The notes: generated from the letters alone by a model not told the origin. A stretch of DNA of 64,000 nucleotides from Octopus vulgaris (GCA_951406725.2 OX597824.1:11284001-11348000), one strand, 5' to 3'; positions 42,279 to 56,640 are shown, numbered from the stretch's first letter. Numbers and translations are program-made.

Positions 42279-43116
42279 GATTATTTGACCAAATGATGAG
42301 AATGTTCAGTAAAGATGCTGGAATGCAGTTTGAGATAAATAAGTGCATAGCTCTAATTATGAAAAGCAGTTGGATGGTAGGCACTGAAGGTAGAAAATTA
42401 CCACAAGACAACATCATTAGATCATCTGTGGAATAATGAGAGATACAAACACCAAGGTGTACTGCAAGAAAATAGGATGATGGAAAGATAAATGAGAGAG
42501 AAAATCACTAAAGAGTATGAAAGGATAATTTGGAAGGTGCCTGGAACAAAATTAAATGGTGGGAATATCATTAAAATAATAAATACTCTGCTCCCTTCCT
42601 GGAATGGACAAAGGTCAAGTTACAGAGTCTGGATAGAAGAACTAGAAAGCTGCTCACAATGCACACCATCCTAAGAGTAATTCCAACAGACTATACCTAC
42701 CAAGAAAAGAAGGCAACAGAGGACTACTAAACACAAAAGACACTATTGATGCTGCAATACTGGGTCTGAAAAATTATGTTGTACAAAGTAAAAAAAAAAG
42801 AGTACTATTGGCAGCCAGAAATACCCAAAAACTGAAACAGCAGGAGACTTCAAAGAGGAAAGGAAAAACAACAGAACAAGCAAGTGGAAAGAAATGGAAT
42901 TTCATGGCTAATTTATGCAGTGAACTGAGAATGTTTGAAGTAAAGAACGTTGGCTATGGTTGATGGATGGGCACTCGAAATGAGAGACCAAAACATTAAT
43001 TATAGCTGTTCAGGGACAAGACAATAGAACAAATCTGATAAAGGTAAAGATTGTCAAAACTCAGTCAGACAGCAAATATAGAATCAGTAGGAAAGGAGAT
43101 GAAAGTATCAACCACC
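42279..43116 (+). pseudogene. R4/Dong-like LINE RT-thumb to zinc-knuckle remnant
   Basis: FSKDAGMQFEINKC, KLNGGNIIKIINT, LDRRTRKLLTM, RLYLPRKEGNRGL and ETKTLIIAVQ; stops and frameshifts. Confidence 0.85.
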
Positions 43117-43130
43117 AGTTTGTGCAGTAT

Positions 43131-43175
<45 letters not shown>

Positions 43176-46114
43176 TACCCTTATCTAGTCGTGTGATAGT
43201 TACAAATGAGTATCATCATTATACAAGCAAGGTTTTACATTTTTAATTCTCTGTGTAAAACCTGAATTATTACCTTACTTGGAATCAGATGAATGTTGAC
43301 AGCAGGAAGGGCACCTAGCTGTAGAAAATTTGCCTCAAATTCTGTCTGACCCATGCAAGCATGGAAAAGTGGGCAGTGAATCTTACTATTTAGAAAGGTC
43401 TCAGAATTCCTCAAGAGGTAACAAAACAATTCTAATAATATACAGTAAAACACTTCAGCTAGATGAACCATATCTCTTCAGGGACTATTTTTTTTAACAA
43501 TAGCTGCCATCAGCTCTATTCTAACCAAGTATCTCACACTATTATAATTACAATTCTTTATTCAAAATGCTTATTCTACTGCAAAATTTCCTCCAGAGAA
43601 TGTGATAAATCAATATTCCAAGACTGTCAGTGGAGTTGATATTAAAAGAACCAATACACATTAATCATTTATGTGACGCTGTACCTAATATAAATGTCAC
43701 TGCATTTTAAACTCACAAAAATATACAATTCAAGCAGAATATTCTGATGAAGTTAAACACATTGTAAAAATGGAGAAGCAGGCAATTTAAGAAATTCAAA
43801 GTTTTGATTGGTCCAACCAATTCAGTGTCTATATCTGGACACAGTATGTCTACATACTAGAGATATTCTGATATGCTATATGTTACTATACAGTAGATAC
43901 ATATTATATGTTATTTTAGATGTACATGCATGATATATATTATATAATAAATAAATTGTACATTATGCTAAATATACCATGTTATATTAAATATACTATA
44001 TATTAAATATACTATCATCATCATCATCATCATCGTTTAACGTCATATATATTATTATGTCTGGGGAGAGTCATTCTGTTTTAATGCCTTATTAACACAC
44101 TCACCGGGTTGATTTCCACTCATTTACTTGTGAATATGTGTTTGAGTGTGCATGCACTCATGAGTACATGTGTATGTGTGTGTGCATGTGAATGTATGTG
44201 TGTTTGAGTGTGCATGCACACAAGAGAATGTGTGTGTGTTTTTGCACGCATGCGCATGTAAATGTATGTGTGTTTGAATGTTCATGAGTACATGTGTATG
44301 TGTGTGTACATGAGAATGTGTGTGTGTGTGTGTGAATGTAAGTATGTCTTCTGCTGTTTTACTTATAAACATGCCAATTGTAGACAAAGTGCTGTAAGTG
44401 AAGGTAAACAATCGGGAGTGATGCACCAGAAGTGAGAGAGGAAGTGACATCAGGTAACAAAACGGGGGAATTCAAACAGTATCTTTTTCGAAAGGGCAGC
44501 AAACAAGAACAGACATGTGGACAGAATCTGTGTGTATTGTATATTTTGATCAAGTGAGCAGATTAGTGAGTGTCTCAGAGCTTTGAGTAGATTCCTTTTC
44601 AGAGTCATTTGTGAGCTCAAGGTAAGAACCCTAGTTACTGTTCTTCAAACTACAATCCTTGGACTGGAGACCTATTCTGAATTCTTGTGTTTTAAATCCG
44701 GGTTTTGTCCCCGTCAACGGGAGAGGCCAGATCTACCACAATGCCATAGCAATCACCCTCACACCATCTCATTTAAAGGCACCAACATGGTTTAGCATCA
44801 CCATCAGCTGTTCAAGAATTTGGACCTGGAGATCACCATTTCCAGTGACTTTGAGGGCCACCTCCCAGTGGTGTCGGGCGTCAACGAAGAGCCCTTGACT
44901 ACAACAAGACGACCAAAGTTTTTTTGTTTTTTTTTCCAAGGTCTGGGGTCTCCCGCCCCTAGACCATCACCTAATCACCATTACCCGTCTTGTTGCTTAA
45001 CAACAACAGCATCGCCATCAGGACCTTGTTAATTTTTGATTGGCAAAAGGAATTCTAGCAACTGTCTGGTGACGATTCCATTATACACTGTTTGCAGTAT
45101 AATGTCACTGTATAAATAATATCGAAGGAAATTAATCCACAGCAAGCGTGATCAATAAAAGGACAGGTATATAATTACATTCTTTTACATATCACAGAAG
45201 TATCACATCGACACACATGCACAGAAACACATGTGCAAACACATGGATAAAGATATATAAGCATGTACACATGCACATGTTTACATGCACTAAACATCTG
45301 GTCTTTCCCTACTTGTCTCTCCTGAGTATCTGATATTCAAGCACCTTGCACAGCAATCTGCTGCTATCTGTTTCTTAAATCTTTTGTCTGAAAATTTTCT
45401 CTTAATCCGATTAATGTTGCTATGGAAGTAAAATCAGATAAAAACAGGCTTAGAATATTTAAATTTTGTCAAAAAGTGAAGAAGCTACTTTGTCATGTGT
45501 TGAATTAACAATCACCGATACAGAGAGAAAGAGAGAAAGAAAGAGAGAGAGAGAGATAGAGAGATAGAGAAAGAGAGATGATTCTTCCAAGAATACAAAC
45601 AATCTAAATATATATTACTATCTCAGTAATGAGGAATAGTTCTCTCTCTCTCTCCCTATTCTCATACAACCATTCTTCAGTATTACTGTAGGTTTAAAGC
45701 TTCTGTGAATTCAGATATTTGCACCAATTTAACTCTTGTCCATTGTATTTCTTTTGGAGAAAATCTGCAGCACAAGTCGAAGTACTGAACTGAAGAATTT
45801 TACAATATGTTTGTTTGTTGTTTGAAATCTGGCTAAGACAGGATGGAATAAAATGAAAACCAATAGCTGTTGTTGTTCCAAGTCAGCCCTGATTGTACAG
45901 ACCTATGATCAAAGGTGTTCCAGCCATGACCACCCCATTAGCAACCCTGATAAACACTGGGGTAGATCTGTTCGACTATGCCCTTCAATACAGTACCCCA
46001 GTATGGTTGGAGTCCTATGAGAGAAACAAGTAAAAAAAATAAAAGATAAATTAAAGCCTATTTTGTATCACCACAAATATGTAAATCTCTGCCTTGCTTT
46101 TTATATTACTTCAT

Positions 46115-46551
46115 TGCACATAAAAGGCACCATTCGAGTGTGATTGTTAAAAGCGTCGCCTTACTGGCACTCGCGCCCCGTGCTAGTAGAGTGTTAAGAG
46201 CACCATCTGAGCGTGATCGTTGTCAGAGCAGCTATCTGGCCTCCATGCCGGTGGCATGTAAAAGGCACCATTCGAGCGTGATCGTTACCAGCATCACCTT
46301 ACTAGCACCTGTGCCGGTGGCATGCGTAAAAGATTATAGCGAGGTTGTTGCCAGTACCTCCTGACTGGCACGTAAAAAGCACCCACTACACTCTCAGAGT
46401 GGTTGGCGTTAGGAAGGGCATCCCGCTATAGAAATTCTGCCAGATCAAGATTGAAGCCTGGTGCAGCCATCTGGTTCGCCAGCCCTCAGTCAAATTGTCC
46501 AACCCATGCTAGCATGGAAAGCGGACGTTAAAAGATGATGATGATGATGAT
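46115..46551 (+). mobile_element. RTE 3'-UTR repeat, variant module subfamily
   Basis: Modules aaaaggcaccattcgagcgtgatcgtt; standard (GAT)n terminus. Confidence 0.75.
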
Positions 46552-48092
46552 TTTTGTGATGTCCACATGCTATTAATAGGTGAACAAGCTCTAAAATACC
46601 CTGTTCAACTATTTCCCATAACTTCACAACTGTTAGAACACAAATATGAATTGGCAGCTTATGAGACTCAAAATATGAAGGGTCTACAAATTCTTTTAGT
46701 TCAATATTGGCATTACAATTCAAACAAGATCATGCCTTTTTGTCTCATGTAGCTTGCAGAAAAATGCTACATGGTGTTTTGAATGAATCTCCAGCTACTC
46801 TGGATGAACCTCTAGGCATTTTCAATGAACTTCTAAATGCTTTGGATGAACCATTAACAACACAACCAGTTTAACCTCACTACTGACCTTCAGTTCAAGT
46901 ATATCCACAATCTACTTGGGGGCACCAAGTTCATTGCTATCTTTCCATTTCTTTGTTCTTTGGGTGGTTTGCAAAACCATGCTTCGTTAAGGTCAAGATC
47001 AAGAAACAATGGTTCGACAAGGAACATTTATATACTCTTTTACTCTTTTACTTGTTTCAGTCATTTGACTAAGGCCATGCTGGAGCACCGCCTTTAGTGG
47101 AAGAAATCAATCCCAGGACATATTCTTTGTAAGCCTAAGACTTATTCTATCGATCTCTTTTGCTGAACAGGGATGTAAACACACCAGCATCAGTTGTCAA
47201 GCGATTTTGGGGGGACAAATACAGACACACACACACACACACACATATATACATATATACGACGGGCTTCTTTCAGTTTCTGTCTACCAAATCCACTCAC
47301 AAGGCTTTGGTCGGCCCGAGGCTATAGTAGAAAACACTTGCCCAAGGTGCCACACAGCGGGACTGAACCCAGAACCATGTGGTTGGTAAGCAAGAAGCTT
47401 GAAATTTATATTGTGGAAGAAGGAAGAAGATGCATAAAATATACATATTTAATTTTTCTGCTTACATATTATAATGATATAAAAATTTCAATACGAAATC
47501 CTTTGTAGTATTGTTTCATTCTTATAAGAAATCATTAGCATAACATAACCCAAAGTGCATGAATTAAAATAAATTAAGCATTTCACAAAGCAAGACATTT
47601 TTTATTGATGGAAAATAATTACAGACATTCATGGAATGTGATTATTATTTTTTTGTTTTGCTATTTTTCTTCATAGCGCATTAATAGTTTAGCAATGGAA
47701 AAAAAAAAGCAAAAAACAAGAAAGTGATAGTCTTAATATAATTCTGATAAACTGTGTCATGAACTGACCAGACTGGCGGCCGTGAGTTTATATGATGTCA
47801 AGTTGCCAAGTGTTGGATGGGTGAGCTTGACCTTTGATGAAAACGAAACAAAAGCTGTCAGACAAGCACAGTATGAAGACAAGGCTGTAATGCCTTGACA
47901 TATGAGTTAATTAGCTCCCGGGCAACCGCTTGTAAAGTGGAAACTCGTAAAGCAGAGCAATAATTTCCCATAGTAGAAATGTTATAAATCGTAATTCATT
48001 CCCAGAAAAATATTTTACCAATAAAATTTTATAAATAAATGGTAATAAAACAATGTAAACAATATTTTATGTAAAAAAGAATGTCAAGATCA

Positions 48093-48492
48093 TCTTTATA
48101 TATAAAAGAGAGGTTGTGTGCTGTCTGTCTCCTACGATTTAGATTCCTAACTACTCCCACATTTTGCGGTGCAGTTTAACCAAAAGCAGGTATCTTATAG
48201 TCGTGATTCATATCGAGCCTTTCTGGGCATTAGCGCGCGTCTATGATGAGTCTACGATTTAAAAAAAAATTTACCATAAATTTTTCCCATTTTTTAATGC
48301 ATTTTTGGCATATATAAGGGAAGTAACTCTCTAAAAATTTATTATTAAATCTCAGAACGTAAAAAGCTACAGTAACACCCCCCCCCCTTTGTGGTTAGCC
48401 ATATTGAGATGGCTATTATACTTTACATCTCTAAAAATGCTTATATAGTTATTTCCCTTACAAACCCGAGCAACGCCGGGCGATACTGCTAG
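48093..48492 (+). mobile_element. Non-autonomous Helitron sharing the H1 3' end
   Basis: A|TC start and aaacccgagcaacgccgggcgatactgCTAG|T end. Confidence 0.82.
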
Positions 48493-48513
48493 TTTATAAT
48501 AAAAAAAATATCG

Positions 48514-48862
48514 TTATTACCTCCGTCTTAACGAAGGAGGAGGTGTTGCTTTCAGTCATGCTTGTTTGTTTGTTTGTTTGTCCGTGGACAAGATATCTCA
48601 AGAACCACTGGATGGATTCAGATGAAACTTTCAGGGATGTTTGGCCTCGTGACTGGCACAGACCGATTAGATTTTGGGATCGATCCAATACTGGACAAGG
48701 ATTCTGGATTATTTTTCCAGTTTTTTCCAGTTTTTTTACTTAACTTTTGAGAGTGGTTAGGTTCATTTTTAGTATTCTCATTTGTGAGAGCAGTCGAGTT
48801 TATTTCTGATATTCTCATTTCAAAAATCATCTCTGGCTAATCGTTGAGAGGATGTTGGTGTT
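48514..48862 (+). mobile_element. HINE/DINE-1-like (Helentron-associated) element, 3'-truncated
   Basis: ttattacctcc...ggaggt 5' inverted repeat, (GTTT)n microsatellite, then the ccactggatggatt..tgaaactt block typical of HINEs. Confidence 0.6.
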
Positions 48863-50307
48863 ACCTAATACACACACACACACACACACACATACTCACA
48901 CATGTATATATATACATCATCATCATCATCATCGTTTAACGTCCGTTCTCCATGCTAGCATGGGTTGGACAATTTGACTTAGGACTGGCGAACCAGATGG
49001 CTGCACCAGGCTCTAATCTTATCTGGCAATGTTTCTACAGCTGGATGCCCTTCCTAACGAGATGCCCTTCCTAACATATATACATATATATTTTTATATA
49101 TTCTAAATGATTAATATGGAAGAGAGAATGTACTGGAAGCTTTATTTAGGGCGACAGTTGTTTTGGCTTTACTTCTGCACTGCTCCCTAGTGGGTAAGGA
49201 ATGATGCAATGGAACTGAGTGCACCCCATAGTGCAGAAGAAACCTCCTCAGATCACATATCTATTTATACATATATTTATGTATATATATGGATGTGCAT
49301 GTTCGTGCATGCGTGCGTGTGTGTGTATACATACATATATAGTTTGAGTCTTGAAGACTAAGTTGTAAAGTCCTATGTCAACCTTGATTAAGCAGACCTT
49401 TGATCAAGAAGATTCACAGTAAGACTCTTTTTTACTCTTTTACTCTTTTACTTGTTTCAGTCATTTGACTGTGGCCATACTGGAGCACCGCCTTTAGTTG
49501 ACCAAATCGCCCCCAGGACTTATTCTTTGTAAGCCTAGTACTTATTCTATCGGTCTCTTTTGCCGAACTGCTAAGTTACAGGGACATAAACACACCAACA
49601 TCAGTTATCAAGCAATGTTGGGGGGGCAAATACAAACACACACACACACATATATATATGTGTGTGTGTACATATATACAACGGGCTTCTTTCAGTTTCC
49701 GTCTACCAAATCCACTCACATGGCTTTGGTCGGCCCGAGGCTATAGTAGAAGACACTTGCCCAAGATGCCATGCAGTGGAACTGAACCCAGAACTATGTG
49801 GTTGGTAAGCAAGCTACTTACCACACAGCCACTTCTACGCCTATCTCATAATTTTTTATTTTCTTTGTTGTTGTACAGGGAAACCAGAAACATAGCTAGT
49901 ATTTTCATCCTTTTGGCTATTGTATACTGTGAATTGAAGATATAACAGCAATTTCTAGCAGGCCAGATGACCACATAGAGGCTTTCTCACTGACTCATTA
50001 GGTAACTAATGGAAAAAAAAATCAGGTGAAGCTTAGTTGCTGAGATTATAAGATAGCATTTGTTAAGAGGGTTATACTAGGATTAACTAGACATTACATC
50101 CCTCAATATAATAAAGTAAATGTATATATTTATATTTTATTGTCATGTCTAGGGAAGGGATTAGCTATAAGGATTGGGTGCCAGGAATGAAGTGGAGTTA
50201 CTGGAATATAGATTAATAAAAGCAGCAAATGAATGACCACCAGTTTAGGAAACTCTAGAGTTCCAACCAGCTGCAAAAGCTAATGAAAAAAATATGAAGG
50301 ATTGAAA

Positions 50308-50703
50308 TCTCTCTCTATATATATAAAGCTGAAGTTGTCTGTGTATGGCAGGTTTGGTAGCCTTCAACTAACACTAACTCCTCTGAGACCCTGCAGCACA
50401 AGTTGACCAAAATTGAGAGTATGATAGAAGAAGGCTTGCTCTTCCTTCCGTAGAAGATAAAATTTAAATCGGACCATGTTAACACCAAAAATTATTTACA
50501 TCAAAAAGGTGCTTTTTTTCTATGAAAATCCCTATTTTTTACGATCTTTTGACTGCTGTGTCGCCACTTTTCGGTGTATTTCAACCAGAAAAATGTTCAC
50601 TTAAAGAGAATAACAAGCTACATAATGCAAAATTTTTACTTTTCAAAAATGTCAATTCTAAAGGGTCGAAACAAACCCAAGTAATGCCGGGTGATACTGC
50701 TAG
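50308..50703 (+). mobile_element. Non-autonomous Helitron, family H1
   Basis: Colinear with 6188-6569; A|TC...CTAG|T. Confidence 0.85.
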
Positions 50704-51193
50704 TAAAAAGATAAAACTGGAACATAGTCATGTATTTAATGAAGCACAAGGAAAAGAAAACTGGTTTTTTTTTCATTAATTCATGTCTGAGGTCTGACAA
50801 TTGACTTGGAAGACACCGACTAGATTATCCACCATCTTTCCTACAACAACCTTGGGCACCTTTTTGAATTTCCTATGCCTAACACTCGTGGCTATACTTA
50901 CAAAATCAGAAAAAAAACAAAACAATGTAGTACTCATGACTTTCAGAAACATTTCTCCACACTTAGAATTTCTGAAGCAAGTAATAATCTACCCTCATCT
51001 GTAGTTAGCTGATAGCATTATCTGTATCCTTCAGAATGTCTATGCTTTCTAAAATTTCCCAGCAGTACATTTGATGTTCCCCTACATTTTTTTAAAGACT
51101 TCTCTTTTCCCGTGCATTATTCTCTGTACTGTCCACGCACCTTTTGTCACTTTTTCTGATGAGTTATAGTACACCTGAGTACTGTATACAATA

Positions 51194-51229
<36 letters not shown>

Positions 51230-52156
51230 ATTATCATCATCATTTTAATGTGCACTTTTCCATGTTTGCAGGGGTCAGAAGGAATTAGCTGAAGCAGATT
51301 TTCTATGGTTGGTTACCTTTCTCATAACTGACCCTCACCTGTTTCCAAGCAAGGTAATGTTTCCTCATGGCTGACAACTGGAAATGAAAATCCTCACCAG
51401 TTTGATGATGATGATGATGATGCTCATGTACAACCATCACAATTTGTCTGGACAAGAGGACACCCCCAACCACGCACACACATTTCAGTTTCCATCAACC
51501 AAATCCCCTCACAAGTCTTTGGTTGCCTCGGGGCCATAGTAGAAGACACATGCCATGGTGCTATAAAGTGGGGCTGAACCCAAGAGCATGTGGCAAGCTG
51601 GCAGAAACGTTAGCACGGCGGGCGAAATGCGTAGCCGTATTTCGACTGCCACTACGTTCTGAGTTCAAATTCCGCCATGGTCGGCTTTGCCTTTCATCCT
51701 TTCGGGGTCGATTAAATAAGTACCAGTTACGCACTGGGGTCGATATAATCAACTTAATCCATTTGTCTGTCCTTGTTTGTCCCCTCTATGTTTAGCCCCT
51801 TGTGGGTAATAAAGAAATAAGAGTATGTGGTTGGGAAGCAAGCATCTTAACCTCACATTTATGGCCCTACCTAGTGGATGCCTGTACTTATACACACACA
51901 CACACACATATATGTATGTGTGTATAAACATATATATATACGTATGTGTGTGTGTTTGCGTGTGTGTGTGTGCACGTGTGTGTGTGTGTGTGTGTGTGTT
52001 TGTAAATGTATTGATGACGATGATTGCAATTATGATGATTCAGATAATTATATAGAATTAAAGCAGAAAATAAATGATACAGAAAGTAAAAGTAAAAAGC
52101 TTTTGAATAAAACAAAAATCAATACAGGAAGAGAGAGAAAGAGGTAGAGAGAGAGT

Positions 52157-52199
<43 letters not shown>

Positions 52200-53336
52200 T
52201 GAGAGAGAGAGAGAGAGAAGTGTAGGAGAATGATATGTAAAATGAAAGGCAGAAACAGTGTCAAGCAAATATAAACCTTTATAAACAAACAGTTTAGTGC
52301 ATTGTTAGAAAGCTCTGGTGAAGTGAGGTGAAAAAAAGAACGCTTCAACATTCACCATGCTTAGCATCAAATAGATACCTGCTGATGTATTTGTAAACGA
52401 AGTGAGGCAATTATACACAGGATCAAGTTACTGTTTGCATTTTGACTCACTTAAATCACGTTAAGTCAGGTTACAACAGAACGAGAGAGAGGGAGAGATT
52501 GGGAGAGTCTCCAGGTGTAAGCAACAAACTCAGGTGTTACCTGCTCTTATAACCTTCAGAACTTCAGAAGGTAAACGTTTTTTTCTACAAGTTGGATGCA
52601 TTATCTGAAGACTTTTATTAAATAAATATTCTTTCTTTTGTATAACAATAGTTACTATAGGATGCTCACACCGGATGCTTCACAGTGGCTGAGTGGTTAA
52701 GAGACTGGCTCACCAGCAACAAAAGCACAAGTTCAAAATTTGTTACAAATCCACCTGGTCTTTGGGTACCTTTAGTAAAGTCCACTCTGCTGCAAAATGG
52801 AGGCACGTTGCTTAGTGGTTAAGGTGTTGGACTCATGCTCATATGATTGTGGTTTTGATTCCTGGACTGGATGATGCATTGTTTTCTTGAGCAAGAGTAT
52901 TTTAAACTCTGTTTATTAATTTATAGTGACTGGTGGTTTAGACAGGTCAAATATGTCCCAAACATATTTGAGCTGACCTAAAAGTTTGGTTATTTTACGC
53001 AACTGTTTAGCATGCTCTCATATGTTTTATTCCAGCCTGGCACCCAAAGCATGCTACAGGTAGATAAATTTTACTGATTCCTTATAAGGAAATATTAATT
53101 TTCAATCAGTTTAGAGCTGTCTTGAAGAGAGCATAAAAAGCTTTGCTATTAAGTTAGACATGGCCTGGGCCAATAATGGCCGAAACCTATCAAAGTATCA
53201 AAGTATATCCTATGCAGGGACTTTTGTGGTTTTAACACTGTTTGCTTAAAGTGGGAAATTGTCTCCATTGCAAACCATAGCAGCAATACCTTTTTACAGG
53301 TCTTGTGAAAAAAACTTCTTTTACATATTAATAGTT

Positions 53337-53697
53337 GAGTGGCTGTGTGGTAAGTAGCTTGCTTACCAACCACATGGTTCAGGGTTTAGTCCCACTGCGT
53401 GGCACCTTGGGCAAGTGTCTTCTACTATAGCCTCGGGCCAACCAAAGCCTTGTGAGTGTATTTGGTAGACGGAAACTGAAAGAAGCCTGTCGTATATATG
53501 CATGTATGTATGTGTGTGTTTGTCCCCTCAACACTGCTTGACAACCGATGCTGGCGTGTTTACGTCACCGTAACTTAGCAGTTTGGCAAAAGAGACCGAT
53601 AGAATAAGTACTAGGCTTACAAAGAGTAAGTCCTGGGTCGATTTGCTCGACTAAAGGCGGTGCTCTAGCATGGCCACAGTTAAATAACGTAAAAGAG
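53337..53697 (+). mobile_element. SINE family A
   Basis: Consensus match. Confidence 0.85.
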
Positions 53698-53756
53698 ATC
53701 TAAAAGCTTGTTTATGTTGCACCATCACTTTGTGCATCTCTCATATAATAATATAT

Positions 53757-54149
53757 GGATGGAAGCACTCCTTCGGTTACGACGATGAGGGTTCCGGTTG
53801 ATCCGAATCAACGGAACAGCCTGCTCGTGAAATTAACGTGTAAGTGGCTGAGCACTCCACAGACACGTGCACCCTTAACGTGGTTCTCGGGGATATTCAG
53901 CGTGACACAGAGAGTGACAAGGCCGGCCCTTTGAAATACAGATACAATAGAAACAGGAAGTAAGAGTGAGAGAAAGTTGTGGTGAAAGAGTACAGCAGGG
54001 ATCACCACCATCCCCTGCCGGAGCCTCGTGGAGCTTTAGGTGTTTTTGCTCAATAAACACACACAACGCCCGGTCTGGGAATCGAAACCGCGATCCTACG
54101 ACCGCGAGTTCGCTGCCCTAACCACTGGGCCTCCACATTGCGCCTCCAC
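53757..54149 (-). mobile_element. tRNA-derived SINE family C, tail type 1
   Basis: Reverse complement of 40741-41127; ataataatatat on both sides. Confidence 0.85.
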
Positions 54150-54509
54150 ATAATAATAATATATAGCTGATGGATGATGGACTATCCAATCGGTTTCAAC
54201 ATATGAGACTCTGACAACATGCTGTTATCTTTGTCAGTCATAATGCTTATGTCGAATGTGACATTTAAGTCTTCTCAACGATTTTCAAAGAAAGCCACAG
54301 ATGTTGCAAGTATGAGGATTACAGGTCAGTGCAGGTGGTATACTTGCAGCCACTTATCTCCTTTGCCTTGCACCCTGAAGTCTGTTAATGCTGGTTGCAA
54401 AAAGTTTATATATATATATATTTCTAAATAGTAAGAGATTACACCAAATGTTTGCTCTCAGTTAGGTATTCAAAATAGGTTATTCAACAGTTATATATAT
54501 ATATGTATG

Positions 54510-54544
<35 letters not shown>

Positions 54545-54553
<9 letters not shown>

Positions 54554-54818
54554 TATTAAATTAGAGACAATACCACTATTAGGCAAATCATACAATGAAA
54601 AACTTAAGCCAATACATAAGATTATTTAATTTATGTTATTTAAATATATAACAAAATTATTAAAAAATATAATTAATATAACACTACGATCGTTTCATGG
54701 CTGTTAATTTCTTTAAATTTTCGAGTTACAGTCATTCATCAGGTGGTTTAAATATTTAACTTGGCGATTTTTCCCTGTAAGTTTGGATTTATTCCCTAAT
54801 ATTTATTATTATTAATTT
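54545..54818. mobile_element. Hammerhead-containing element in (TA)n, same family as 58407-58807
   Basis: Carries an inverted hammerhead plus downstream segment homologous to 58640-58712 (ttatgtattg..aatagtggt.ttgtctctaat), then the same plus-strand 3' terminus. Confidence 0.65.
54682..54745 (-). ncRNA. Minimal type-I hammerhead ribozyme
   Basis: Reverse complement reads CAC-CTGATGA-ATGACTGT..ACAGCCAT-GAAA-CGATCG-TA-GTG: intact core, stem II with one mismatch, palindromic stem III, 3-bp stem I. Confidence 0.78.
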
Positions 54819-55226
54819 ATATATATATATATATATATATCATCATCATCATCATCATCGTTTAGCGTCTGCTTTCCATGCTGGCATGGGTTGGATGGTT
54901 CGACCGGGGTCTGGGAAGCCAGAAGGCTGCACCAGGCCCAGTCTGATCTGGCAATATTTCTACGGCTGGATGCCCTTCCCAACTCCGAGAGTGTAGTGGG
55001 TGCTTTTTATGTGCCACTGGCACAGGTGCCATATGAGGTTGGCAAACGGCCACGGTCAGATGGTGCTTTTTACATGCCACTAGCACGGTGGCCAGGCGAG
55101 GCTGGCAACGGCCATGATCGGATGGTGCTTTTTACATGCCACCGGCACAGAAGCTAGTTGGGGCGTCGCTGGCACAGCCACGTTCAGCTGGATATATATA
55201 TATATGTATATATGTATATGTATATA

Positions 55227-56401
55227 TGAAGTGATATCAAAGATTTCCTGGACTAGTTATGTTTAATAAAAAATAACTTATTTACCTAAGTTCTAACATT
55301 ATCTCCTTCGAAATAGTCACCTTGCGCAGCAATATACCGGTGCCATCATTCCCGCCACTTTTGGAATCTGACCTGGAAATCATTTCCCATAAGCGAGTCA
55401 AAGACCTTCTGCAACTCATTCTTGAGCTTGATAATGGTGTTAAAATGGCAATCTTTGAGCTGGATGTTCATCTTGGGGAAGTGATGGAAGTCCACAGGTG
55501 CTAAATCTGGTGAATAGGGTGGGTGCCAAAGTTATACCATGTTTTAGGTTAGAAACTCACAAGTGAGGAGAGCTTGGTGACAGGGAGCTTTGTCATTGAG
55601 AAGAATCCAAATGCTAGAATTACCTGCACTGACCCATAAAAACATACGTCGCCCTTTTCAAGCCTAACCAGGCTCATGGGCCCAGTTTTCTGGTTTCTGT
55701 GGCGCATGTGTTCCCCCCAGCTGGACGGGACGCCAGTCCATCACAGCATTACTCAAGAAACAGGAAGAGAGAGTGAGAGAAAGTTGTGGTGAAAGAGTAC
55801 AACAGGGGTTGCCACCAGCCCCTGCCAGGGCCTCGTGGAGCTTTTAGGTGTTTTCGCTCAATAAACACACACAATGCCTGGTCTGGGAATCGAAACTGTG
55901 ATCCTCCGACTGCGAGTCTGCTGCCCTAACCACTGGGCCATTGCACCTCCACGCACCGACCCATACGATAGATCATTGTTAACAACATTAACAATGTCAT
56001 TGATTGTCCTCCAACGATCCTCTGTACAAACTGATGAATTTTCTCCATATTTCTGTGGGGTAACACTTGTGGCAGGTCTTCCAAATCAATGATTGTCTTC
56101 CAGGGGTGTCCTTCTGCTTTTGAAGCTCACATGGCACTTGAAACATTGTGTACAACCCATTGCCTTGTTGCCGTAAGCTTGCTGACTCACGCTCATTGTC
56201 TTTGTAGCAGCCTTCCCAAGTTTAATGAATACGTTTGATCACAAAGAGATGAACTTCAAAACTTGCAAAGTCAACACAGCGATGTCATTTGGCACACTGA
56301 CTCACAAAGGTCACTGCTAACTCTCACTGTGCATGCAGTTGTGTGCTGCCACCTGTTGGCATGCTACAGAACAAGTCGAGGAACTTTTTGATACCACCTT
56401 G
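55227..56401 (-). mobile_element. Internally deleted mariner transposon with nested SINE
   Basis: Imperfect ~32-bp TIRs with TA flanks; minus-strand HPPYSPDLAPVDF and QGDYFEGD mariner motifs. Confidence 0.85.
55639..55952 (-). mobile_element. SINE family C, tail type 2, TSD gcac(t/c)gacccata
   Basis: 13-bp direct repeat at 55626-55638 and 55953-55965. Confidence 0.88.
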
Positions 56402-56581
56402 TATATATATATATGTGGTATTTCATCTGTCACTACGTTCTAAGTTCAAATTCCGCCGAGGTCGACTTTCGGGGGCGATAAATTAAGTACCAGTTTCGCA
56501 CTGGAGTCGATGTAATCGACTTAATCCCTTTGTCTGTCCTTGTTTGTCCCCTCTATGTTTAGCCCCTTGTGGGCAATAAAG

Positions 56582-56584
<3 letters not shown>

Positions 56585-56640
<56 letters not shown>

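Noticed and set aside
51156-51195. Other CTGANGA motifs (also 12740, 43744, 17617)
   Set aside because: They lack a correctly placed stem II-GAAA-stem III-UH, so they are not hammerheads.
52531-52604. Possible minus-strand exon ending at a gtaac donor
   Set aside because: The acceptor is weak and I see no recognisable homology to CAMKMT.
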